From: a virus
Taxonomy: Duplodnaviria > Caudoviricetes
DNA length: 43,052 bases
Reading direction: 5' to 3' (one strand)
Virus record (IMG/VR): IMGVR_UViG_3300005512_000081
Coordinates: 1 to 43,052 of that record
In this document: one piece after another, positions 18,313 to 24,918 of the stretch
Position numbering within the stretch: position 1 is the stretch's first letter
Layout of the letters: the number at the start of each line of letters is the position of its first letter
Notes under the pieces: generated by a model
Databases searched by the model: none
What the model was told of the DNA's origin: nothing
The model's input: the letters and a program-made list of their open reading frames with translations, nothing else
Translations under genes and position numbers: made by a program

Positions 18313-18585
18313 TTAATTTACCCCCTCTATTAATTTTAAGTCATCGCCAAATTTAGCATTGAATTCATCTTTTGCTTTTTGATATTTATTTTGTCTAGCT
18401 CTAGCATCAGCCCTACCCATCAAAATTAATTCATAAACATTTTCTCTATCTAGGCCATCACCATCACCCCAAAGATTTGGAAAAAGTTTTTTATATATAG
18501 CTGTATATTTTCTAGCTTCTTTTGCTAAAATGCCCTCATCATAATAAAAATCTAAAATATATCTTATAAATTCGTTATCTTGCAT
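18313..18585 (-). CDS. early hypothetical protein
   Basis: 90 aa, TAATG-coupled; W.GDG.DRE.V motif. Confidence 0.7.
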   Translation of the reverse strand: MQDNEFIRYILDFYYDEGILAKEARKYTAIYKKLFPNLWGDGDGLDRENVYELILMGRADARARQNKYQKAKDEFNAKFGDDLKLIEGVN

Positions 18586-18938
18586 TATGCCACCTCTTCT
18601 GTTTCTGGGTTAGCTTCTAACCATTCAGCAACAATATCAAGCCCTACAATGTAGACGTACATATTAGCAACTTTTTCAGCGTCACTTAAATCTGTTGAGA
18701 CTTTGCCGAAATTGTCTTGCTCATAGTCTTTAACAATTTTAATAGCGTTAAAAGCCTTATCACCTAACCATTGCTTTGCTTGATATGAACCAGTTATATA
18801 ATAATCAGTATTGAACGCTTTATAGTGCAAATCATCACGCCACGATTGAGGCCAATTCTCCTTAAAGTATTCAAGGTTTTCGTTTAAGAAATCATCAAAG
18901 TAATCTTTGATTTCATCGTAGTAAAAATAGTTTTCCAT
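18585..18938 (-). CDS. acidic early protein, possible Ocr-like DNA mimic (start ATG 18938)
   Basis: GGAG SD; D/E- and aromatic-rich; DDLH..AFNTDYYI motif. Confidence 0.7.
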   Translation of the reverse strand: MENYFYYDEIKDYFDDFLNENLEYFKENWPQSWRDDLHYKAFNTDYYITGSYQAKQWLGDKAFNAIKIVKDYEQDNFGKVSTDLSDAEKVANMYVYIVGLDIVAEWLEANPETEEVA

Positions 18939-18965
18939 AGTTATCTCCATTAAGTTAATGATTTA

Positions 18966-18994
18966 AGTTTATAACCATATGAGCATATGTGCAA
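18966..18994 (-). promoter_or_regulatory. sigma70 early promoter
   Basis: TTGCAC-17-TAAACT; spacer is similar to the 18140 promoter. Confidence 0.7.
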
Positions 18995-18997
18995 GCA

Positions 18998-19075
18998 CTA
19001 ATTAATATCTTTTTCCAAAAACTTAATAAGCCCATACCAAACAACAAAGACAACTGTTATTAATATTATTTCCAT
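18998..19075 (-). CDS. 25-aa membrane micropeptide
   Basis: MEIILITVVFVVWYGLIKFLEKDIN; overlaps the upstream micro-ORF. Confidence 0.5.
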   Translation of the reverse strand: MEIILITVVFVVWYGLIKFLEKDIN

Positions 19076-19167
19076 GAGTCTATTTTCTTATCTTCAAATT
19101 CAATTAACAAGACATTCAACTTCACGACAATATAAATAACAGCTATCCCCAATATGAGTTCAAGCAT
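19066..19167 (-). CDS. 33-aa membrane micropeptide
   Basis: MLELILGIAVIYIVVKLNVLLIEFEDKKIDSWK; GGTGAG SD; overlaps the upstream stop. Confidence 0.55.
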   Translation of the reverse strand: MLELILGIAVIYIVVKLNVLLIEFEDKKIDSWK

Positions 19168-19378
19168 TTAACTCACCAATTAAAGCATCAAAATCAACTG
19201 CATATTCTTCGCACAAATCACGCAAGTCAAACAGCAAATCTCTAACATAGTCTTCATGCAAGAATTCTTTGATTTCGTCATCTTCTAATTGTCTGTCGCA
19301 TCGCTCTTTCCAAATCAACATGACATCGTGTATATAATCGGTATTTACTTTTCTTTCTTCTACTATTTCCCAAGTCAT
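19160..19378 (-). CDS. acidic early hypothetical protein
   Basis: 72 aa, AAGGAG SD. Confidence 0.7.
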   Translation of the reverse strand: MTWEIVEERKVNTDYIHDVMLIWKERCDRQLEDDEIKEFLHEDYVRDLLFDLRDLCEEYAVDFDALIGELNA

Positions 19379-19387
19379 TTTTTCTCC

Positions 19388-19918
19388 TTAAAATAAATTA
19401 CCATCTTCATCAAACTTATAATTGTTTGCTTCTACATAATCCAAAAATGACTCTTTTGAGAAATAGTCCTCATTATCTTTGAACCACATATCTAACATTT
19501 TATTTTGAATTTCTAACACAAAGTCATTGACAGACCATTCGCATAAAACTTGATATTCTTTTTTATCCAATAGTTCTAAGGTGAATGTTTTGAGTTCATC
19601 ACAAAAACAATAATCATTACCCTTATAGTCTTTCAACAATTCTTTATAGTGTTTGTTGTCCAAATAATAATCTGGTTTTAGTTTTACATAACAACTTCTT
19701 TCGGGACACTCTCCATTAGATAGTGAATAGTCAAATCCCATATGCAAAGTGTCGGCAAAAGTTTTGAAACTATCTAAGTTTTCATCAGACCAAGGATTAA
19801 TATTGTCCGGATTGTCTAACCAAAACTCTTGGTAAATATCGTTACAAAGGTCCTCGTCTTTTTTTAAATCTTCAAGACCATAAACTACATATTCTTTAGT
19901 TATAACTTCACTCATCAT
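19388..19918 (-). CDS. acidic early phage protein
   Basis: VY...DL N-terminus and Y.S.E....EAN.Y.F.EDG C-terminus, common in phage early regions; GAGGAGGT SD. Confidence 0.75.
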   Translation of the reverse strand: MMSEVITKEYVVYGLEDLKKDEDLCNDIYQEFWLDNPDNINPWSDENLDSFKTFADTLHMGFDYSLSNGECPERSCYVKLKPDYYLDNKHYKELLKDYKGNDYCFCDELKTFTLELLDKKEYQVLCEWSVNDFVLEIQNKMLDMWFKDNEDYFSKESFLDYVEANNYKFDEDGNLF

Positions 19919-20051
19919 TCACCTCCTCTAAATATGGCTCTCTTAAATCTTCTACAAAAGATTGCATAGTTTCTAAATCAACTGCAACTCCATCTTTTAA
20001 TTCAGATATTTGGCTATGTAGCCATTCAAGTTTTTGGTATTCAGTCATCAT
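19908..20051 (-). CDS. 47-aa acidic hypothetical protein (not in ORF track)
   Basis: MMTEYQKLEWLHSQISELKDG...; AAAGGGGGT SD; overlaps both neighbours. Confidence 0.6.
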   Translation of the reverse strand: MMTEYQKLEWLHSQISELKDGVAVDLETMQSFVEDLREPYLEEVNDE

Positions 20052-20223
20052 TCACCCCCTTTAATACTTGTTTACGCCCTATGATGTATCTATATTTATC
20101 ACGGCACTCTACTTTAACCAAATCATATTTGTTCAGACTTACATCCTCACTCACATAATTGTTATCTATTATTTGACCATACCTAAGTATGCCCCACTTA
20201 TCGTAAAAAGATATTTCATTCAT
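20041..20223 (-). CDS. hypothetical protein
   Basis: 60 aa, GGAG SD, first gene after the 20250-20277 promoter. Confidence 0.65.
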   Translation of the reverse strand: MNEISFYDKWGILRYGQIIDNNYVSEDVSLNKYDLVKVECRDKYRYIIGRKQVLKGVNDD

Positions 20224-20249
20224 AATAAAATCTCCATAGTTAAACCATA

Positions 20250-20309
20250 ACTATACCATCAAATAATCATGTGTCAACTATTGCATTTATAATTTTATCA
20301 TCATATACT
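20250..20309. promoter_or_regulatory. back-to-back divergent sigma70 promoters
   Basis: Minus: TTGACA-16-TATAGT (20277-20250). Plus: TTGCAT-17-TATACT (20281-20309). Confidence 0.7.
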
Positions 20310-20332
20310 TGAAGCATAAGGAGTGAAAACTT

Positions 20333-20512
20333 ATGACTAGAACGAGAAAGATAGATACCTTTTTACTGCGTATGTATAAAGAGTACTGCACAGAAAAAAG
20401 AATATATAACGAGTGTGCTGACCAATTGGATTACACAAACTTTGTGAAACAAAATGGCCAGATATTGATTGCTAGATACAAAGCAGAGTGCAGAGCTACG
20501 AGGGGAGCATGA
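20333..20512 (+). CDS. 59-aa hypothetical protein (not in ORF track)
   Basis: AAGGAG SD; MTRTRKIDTFLLRMYKEYCTEKRIYNE...RATRGA. Confidence 0.7.
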   Translation: MTRTRKIDTFLLRMYKEYCTEKRIYNECADQLDYTNFVKQNGQILIARYKAECRATRGA

Positions 20513-20519
20513 CAAATTT

Positions 20520-20620
20520 TGGCTCAACAGAATCGGAGTTGTCCCCAAATTACGATTATGTTTTGCTGATAGGTTTCAGCAAGGGCAACAGGGTAGCCTT
20601 TAATACCCAATGTTGAGCCA
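20520..20620 (+). ncRNA. candidate multi-stem structured RNA
   Basis: Perfect 10-bp closing stem TGGCTCAACA/TGTTGAGCCA with internal hairpins. Confidence 0.5.
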
Positions 20621-20637
20621 TACCAATTAGGAGTATT

Positions 20638-20892
20638 ATGCGAGTAGAGAACGAGAAAGATTTTTTAGTTTTAACTTTGTTTTTAATATTAACTTGTCCA
20701 AATGTTAATAAACGCAAAGCCGAACTAATCGAATTAGCTCAAACTGCTGAAAGCTTATTAGGCAAGTACACAAGAGCTGAACAAAACGAGATAGATAAAA
20801 TAGTGCATCAAAAGATAGTTGATGAACGACTGCAGATTAACGAAGATGTCTTCGATTTTCTTTTACCAGAAAGTCAAGGCACAATTCATTAA
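20638..20892 (+). CDS. hypothetical protein
   Basis: 84 aa, AGGAG SD. Confidence 0.7.
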   Translation: MRVENEKDFLVLTLFLILTCPNVNKRKAELIELAQTAESLLGKYTRAEQNEIDKIVHQKIVDERLQINEDVFDFLLPESQGTIH

Positions 20893-20901
20893 GGTAGAAA
20901 T

Positions 20902-21096
20902 ATGACTGAACCTTTTGACGATATTAGGACTTGCGATAAATGCGATAAGAAGTTTTTATTACACGATGAGATTGCTTGGAACATTGAAGGCATGACCAAC
21001 CCATTTATTGGTGATGAAGATATGCAAGGTAACTACTGCTATAAATGTGTTAAAGTAATGGAAACCAATGCTTGGCTAGGTAAGGATAAAACATGA
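20902..21096 (+). CDS. small CxxC...CxxC zinc-finger-like protein
   Basis: CDKC...CYKC, AAGG SD. Confidence 0.65.
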   Translation: MTEPFDDIRTCDKCDKKFLLHDEIAWNIEGMTNPFIGDEDMQGNYCYKCVKVMETNAWLGKDKT

Positions 21097-21281
21097 ATGG
21101 ACATTTAGAACGCTTGGTCTACAGTGGCTCTATGGATATGGCGACTTACCAATCTTGGCAAAACACTTTAGACGACTTAGCTTATTTAGCTTTTCATCTT
21201 TTAGTATCTTTGAGTGCTGTAGCAGCTTTAGTCTTAACCTATTGGCTCTTGCACAGATTATTAACAAGGAAAAAGAAATGA
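21093..21281 (+). CDS. small membrane protein
   Basis: 62 aa with a C-terminal TM helix followed by basic residues; ATGA-coupled. Confidence 0.6.
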   Translation: MNGHLERLVYSGSMDMATYQSWQNTLDDLAYLAFHLLVSLSAVAALVLTYWLLHRLLTRKKK

Positions 21282-21391
21282 TGTTTGAAGATAATATTAT
21301 TCTAGCTATTGCGATATTAGGTATAGCTATTGTGGTCTTAGCTTTTTTTGACGATGGTAACGACCCACCAGATATAAGTTATTGGCAATGA
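21278..21391 (+). CDS. 37-aa membrane micropeptide (start 21278)
   Basis: MMFEDNIILAIAILGIAIVVLAFFDDGNDPPDISYWQ; AAGGA SD; ATGA-coupled. Confidence 0.6.
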   Translation: MMFEDNIILAIAILGIAIVVLAFFDDGNDPPDISYWQ

Positions 21392-21477
21392 AAAAAAAGA
21401 TAGGTTACGAAAAGTTATACTTCACTATCATTTTTATTTATATCATTGCTGTGGTAATTTACCAATACTACCAATGA
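21388..21477 (+). CDS. 29-aa membrane micropeptide
   Basis: MKKKIGYEKLYFTIIFIYIIAVVIYQYYQ; ATGA-coupled. Confidence 0.5.
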   Translation: MKKKIGYEKLYFTIIFIYIIAVVIYQYYQ

Positions 21478-21488
21478 GGAAACTTTGA

Positions 21489-21602
21489 ATGATTTGGATA
21501 GCATACACGCTAATCTCCTTTATATGTGTTTTTTTCATAACTGCGTGTGTGCTAGTCCATTCCAACAAGAAATTCTATCAAGATAAAATAGACGAATTAT
21601 AA
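21489..21602 (+). CDS. 37-aa membrane micropeptide
   Basis: GAGGA SD; MIWIAYTLISFICVFFITACVLVHSNKKFYQDKIDEL. Confidence 0.55.
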   Translation: MIWIAYTLISFICVFFITACVLVHSNKKFYQDKIDEL

Positions 21603-21694
21603 ATAGGAAACCAATATGCAAAAAATAATAGTTTTTATCATTGCTATCATAACTAGCCTTGTAATGTTTGTGTCCAGATTTACTGACAAAGATA

Positions 21695-22162
21695 CTAAGT
21701 CTTAACTTCGACAACCTCACCCTCTAAATAAGGCGACAACTTCTTTTGCAATTCAAGTATCTTAGCCTTAGTGGATTCAAGGTCTAATGAATGTATGTGT
21801 TCAATTGTGGTCTTAGTCTGAGTCTGATACAAGTTACTAACTCTACCGATTAGCTCCTCACTCTTAACAGCAGACGAATAGTTTTTATCCGACAAGGCTC
21901 TATCTCTAATACTCTTTAAACTTTTAATATGAGTTTCCAAAGAGACCCCAGCATTTTCCAATGCTTCCATCTGTCGTCTTTTAATCTCATCTTGGACATG
22001 AGTGTATTCTGGTTTATTCATCAACTGATTGGCATACACCTTAGCTGAATTCTTAGATGTGCCTAACCCAGCACGAAACGCACTTTCACTTTGCGTGAAG
22101 CCTTGCATATAAAAATCGATAAACTTAACTTGTTTGGGACTTAGGACTTTTTCTCTTGCCAT
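21695..22162 (-). CDS. terS: terminase small subunit
   Basis: LSPKQ.KF...Y..G.TQ.ESA.RAG...A...AN.L HTH; L..IRD.AL....YS.AV..E...GR...LY. Confidence 0.8.
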   Translation of the reverse strand: MAREKVLSPKQVKFIDFYMQGFTQSESAFRAGLGTSKNSAKVYANQLMNKPEYTHVQDEIKRRQMEALENAGVSLETHIKSLKSIRDRALSDKNYSSAVKSEELIGRVSNLYQTQTKTTIEHIHSLDLESTKAKILELQKKLSPYLEGEVVEVKT

Positions 22163-22307
22163 GTTTAATTCTCATCACAGTTACTTGACCGAACACTGAT
22201 TCTAACATATCTACTGCTTCTGCAATAGTAGGATATTTTTCTCTATTCTTAACAGCTTCTTGAGCCCAATATACTTCTGAGGCTCTACTTAGGTGTTTCC
22301 TTGGCAT
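22125..22307 (-). CDS. hypothetical protein (probable start ATG 22307, leaderless)
   Basis: MPRKHLSRASE...NREKYP.IA..VD.L..VFGQV.V; ATG lies 6 nt after TATAAT. Confidence 0.65.
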   Translation of the reverse strand: MPRKHLSRASEVYWAQEAVKNREKYPTIAEAVDMLESVFGQVTVMRIKHGKRKSPKSQTS

Positions 22308-22313
22308 GAAATG

Positions 22314-22342
22314 ATTATAGATAAACTTCTCCCCTTTCGCAA
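22314..22342 (-). promoter_or_regulatory. sigma70 promoter for the terS operon
   Basis: TTGCGA-17-TATAAT. Confidence 0.7.
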
Positions 22343-22450
22343 TCACCCTTGTGGTGATAAAAGATGATTCCCCCTTACGGGGGGAGTGAACTAGAGGCAA
22401 CTTGAGTCAATCGTTAGATTGAATCTGTTGCCAAAGCAACTTAAGTTCAC
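22342..22450 (-). ncRNA. candidate three-hairpin structured RNA
   Basis: Nested stems GUGAACU/AGUUCAC, GGCAAC/GUUGCC and UCAAUC/GAUUGA; CCCCC-GUAA-GGGGG GNRA hairpin; AUCACC/GGUGAU; TG-A-TAAAAT upstream. Confidence 0.5.
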
Positions 22451-22613
22451 GGCAGATTTTATCATATTTTTGACTAAAAATAAATTAATGTTACAGACTT
22501 AGTAACCTTTACTTCCCTTTTAGGGTGTTTTTGTGTGCCTTGACCAATCTTTTAAGTAAGTCCAATTGCTTTAGATTTGGTAAGTATAACATTTTATAGA
22601 AATTAAGAAAGTG

Positions 22614-22685
22614 TGACAAAAGCCTAAATCTTGCCAAAAGCCCATATACAGTGGTTTTCCCCATGACAAAAGTCTGTGACAAAAG
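22614..22685 (+). repeat. TGACAAAAG direct repeats, possible origin iterons
   Basis: Exact copies at 22614, 22664 and 22677; variant TGCCAAAAG at 22632; next to an AT-rich tract. Confidence 0.55.
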
Positions 22686-22687
22686 TC

Positions 22688-22713
22688 AAAAAAAAGGGGG
22701 CACGTAGCCCCCT
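22688..22713 (-). terminator. intrinsic terminator
   Basis: AGGGGGC-TACGT-GCCCCCT followed by a T run. Confidence 0.85.
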
Positions 22714-22717
22714 AAGT

Positions 22718-22969
22718 TCAATCCCAATCAGTACATAATTCTCTAGCATAGCCATCAAGAATATCAATCAAAGGGTGGTCGTTACCAATGTAACCATCTT
22801 CGTGAATATTGATACATCTATTCTCTATACTAGAATCAACTATGTGAGTATCTTCATCTTTTCCGATTTGCTCAAGGAGCTTATCGGCTTCTTCTTCTGA
22901 CCTTAGACATCTGCAAAGATGCCCATTAGTCGTCTCGACATTTAATTTACAAAACTTAATTGTAATCAT
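22718..22969 (-). CDS. hypothetical protein
   Basis: 83 aa with AAGGAG SD, its own promoter and its own terminator. Confidence 0.7.
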   Translation of the reverse strand: MITIKFCKLNVETTNGHLCRCLRSEEEADKLLEQIGKDEDTHIVDSSIENRCINIHEDGYIGNDHPLIDILDGYARELCTDWD

Positions 22970-23094
22970 AATATTAATCTCCTTAATTTTCTTTGACCTT
23001 ATGCAACCACTTCGCCATCAGTCTTGGTGTGTGTACCACTTTGTGTAACGCTTTACGCCTTTCGGGTGCGAGGATTATATCCTGCTTATATTAT

Positions 23095-23203
23095 TACATA
23101 GTTATGTGACGATAAGGTGTCAATTGTGTGATAAGTTTGCAAATCTTTTACTTGTTTACTTTGTTTTGCAATGTTTGACTTCATTATGATATGCATATAT
23201 AGT
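23095..23203. promoter_or_regulatory. divergent sigma70 promoters
   Basis: Minus: TTGACA-17-TATGTA (23123-23095). Plus: TTGACT-17-TATAGT (23175-23203). Confidence 0.6.
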
Positions 23204-23224
23204 TATACCCAAGGAGTTATAAAT

Positions 23225-23410
23225 ATGGATAAGGAAACTTATAACCTAGCGTTGTCTAATGCTTTATTAGACACAAACAATACCGACCAATTAGCAAAAG
23301 AATTGGCCGAGCAAGATGTCCGAGTGTCATTGCGTATGTTGATGCAAACTCATAACTTAAACGACAAACAAACATTAAAGTTTGTCAAAGATGTATTACA
23401 GGAAAACTAA
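23225..23410 (+). CDS. hypothetical protein (start ATG 23225)
   Basis: AAGGAG SD before MDKETYNL. Confidence 0.65.
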   Translation: MDKETYNLALSNALLDTNNTDQLAKELAEQDVRVSLRMLMQTHNLNDKQTLKFVKDVLQEN

Positions 23411-23673
23411 TGGGATTAAGAATAGAGAAAGATGTCCCCATTACAGGCAAAAGAGAGTTGCCAGAATTTGTTGCCGAGGTGAGAGAGACTTTAGCACAAA
23501 TGGAAGTGGGCGATAGTTTTATTGTTGAAGGCGAGAAGAAAGTTACAACAACCCGATACCAAATCTCAAATATTTACAATTGGGATAAAGATGGGGATTT
23601 AGAAAGCAGGCGTTACATCACCAGAACTTTGGTAGGAGAGCCTAAGAAGATAAGAGTTTGGCGTAAGATATGA
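23410..23673 (+). CDS. small putative DNA-binding phage protein
   Basis: IEKDVPI...MEVGDSF...R.L...IRVWR family motif. Confidence 0.75.
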   Translation: MGLRIEKDVPITGKRELPEFVAEVRETLAQMEVGDSFIVEGEKKVTTTRYQISNIYNWDKDGDLESRRYITRTLVGEPKKIRVWRKI

Positions 23674-23789
23674 GTTGCGAACATACTGCTTACTTTTTAG
23701 AAAGTATGTACTTAGATGGCAAACTTATGGGCTTGTCAGATGAAGAGGCTTGGGAGTATGCTAATAAAAAATTGGAGGAAGCAGAATGA
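23670..23789 (+). CDS. 39-aa hypothetical protein (not in ORF track)
   Basis: MSCEHTAYFLESMYLDGKLMGLSDEEAWEYANKKLEEAE; ATGA-coupled at both ends. Confidence 0.65.
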   Translation: MSCEHTAYFLESMYLDGKLMGLSDEEAWEYANKKLEEAE

Positions 23790-23968
23790 AAACTGTTACT
23801 AACGAAATAAAAGAATTGGTTACTAAGCGTCTATCTATGCACGATAGCTTTAACGCTCACAACGATTCCAGAGCAGAAAATCACATATCTTATGACAGCA
23901 ATTCAGCTAAACAGATGTTATCTGATGATAGGTTTGTATTAGAACAAATACTTGAATTATTAGATTGA
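23786..23968 (+). CDS. hypothetical protein
   Basis: 60 aa, GGAGG SD. Confidence 0.65.
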   Translation: MKTVTNEIKELVTKRLSMHDSFNAHNDSRAENHISYDSNSAKQMLSDDRFVLEQILELLD

Positions 23969-24073
23969 GTTGATATTATATTAGTTGATATGAACATGAG
24001 ATTTTGTGGTGTTACTATCAAGGCATTTTGCAGACATAGTACAAATCTCCATATAAGTGTATAGATTTTCAAA

Positions 24074-24445
24074 ATGAGTAACACCACATCTTACAGCCAC
24101 AGGATTCATACGAGTTCTGAGGCACTGGACGATAATCCTTGTATTGGCGTGTGCAACTGTACATATGGAGCCCTTGTTTGCTCTGGCTGTGGCAGAAGTC
24201 AAGAAATGATTACGGGCTGGAACAGAGAAAGTTTTTGGTCAGAGTTTGTTTCTAAGAACATACCTAAGGAATTAAGTATGGAATCTAAAAAGAAACTTTG
24301 GCAGATTGAACAATGGAACAGACCCTATATGACAAGGCAAAAGCTTTCAAGTATAGCAATGAAGTTTCATTTAGATGAAGGTTTAGTTAAACGAGCCTAC
24401 ATAAGATGGAGAAAGAGTTATGAAAATAAACGACCAACCAATTAA
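24074..24445 (+). CDS. DUF1289-like Cys-cluster (putative Fe-S) protein
   Basis: NPCIGVC...VCSGCGRS.E.I..W. Confidence 0.7.
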   Translation: MSNTTSYSHRIHTSSEALDDNPCIGVCNCTYGALVCSGCGRSQEMITGWNRESFWSEFVSKNIPKELSMESKKKLWQIEQWNRPYMTRQKLSSIAMKFHLDEGLVKRAYIRWRKSYENKRPTN

Positions 24446-24578
24446 CATTGATGGTTTTTTACATGAGCTAAATAGTTTGGCTCGAAGAGGAACTGAGATA
24501 ACCGAGAAAGATTTAGAACACGCTGTTGAAACTGGGGTTCAAGAATACAATCGCAGACAATCAAGCAGTGTTCATTAA
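24420..24578 (+). CDS. 52-aa hypothetical protein (not in ORF track)
   Basis: GGAG SD; MKINDQPINIDGFLHELNSLARRG... Confidence 0.55.
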   Translation: MKINDQPINIDGFLHELNSLARRGTEITEKDLEHAVETGVQEYNRRQSSSVH

Positions 24579-24589
24579 TTAGGAGCATT

Positions 24590-24883
24590 ATGAAAAATAA
24601 AGTTAGCAATGGCATACCCCTACCCAATGCATGGAAAAAGGTAAAGTATGAAAAGTTTCCCGATGACATGAAAATTGGTCATCATTTTGAACCACATTTA
24701 GTTGAGCCAGACGAAGATGGGTGCTATCTAGCACCACCAGATAACTCATTACGAAATAAAGTTTATCGTTATTCTCGTGAGAAAGACTATAAAATGGCAG
24801 TGCGTTCAGTGACCATAGATGCCAAGTCAGACGATGGAAATACTTATAAAAAGCAATGTTTCCGTGTTTGGCGTGTGGAATAA
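24590..24883 (+). CDS. small putative DNA-binding protein, paralog of 23410..23673
   Basis: GIPLP...KY..F..MKIG.HF...R.V...RVWRVE. Confidence 0.7.
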   Translation: MKNKVSNGIPLPNAWKKVKYEKFPDDMKIGHHFEPHLVEPDEDGCYLAPPDNSLRNKVYRYSREKDYKMAVRSVTIDAKSDDGNTYKKQCFRVWRVE

Positions 24884-24885
24884 AC

Positions 24886-24914
24886 TTGCAAATAGACCAA
24901 TCAGGAAGTAGTAT
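24886..24914 (+). promoter_or_regulatory. sigma70 promoter for candidate sRNA
   Basis: TTGCAA-17-TAGTAT. Confidence 0.6.
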
Positions 24915-24918
24915 TGAG

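Noticed and set aside
20520-20620. tRNA or hammerhead ribozyme call for this element
   Set aside because: There is no TTCRA T-loop or CCA end, and no CUGANGA plus GAAA core.
21535-21720. 61-aa minus-strand ORF after terS
   Set aside because: It has no clear motif and overlaps both terS and a plus-strand micropeptide; support is insufficient.
22308-22400. N-terminal extension of the 22125..22400 ORF
   Set aside because: It runs through a consensus promoter and RNA hairpins; ATG 22307 is the more plausible start.
6668-22443. Shared 11-mer AAAGCAACTTA in the hsp20 leader (6668) and the 22342-22450 RNA (22433)
   Set aside because: 11-nt matches are expected by chance in 43 kb of AT-rich DNA.
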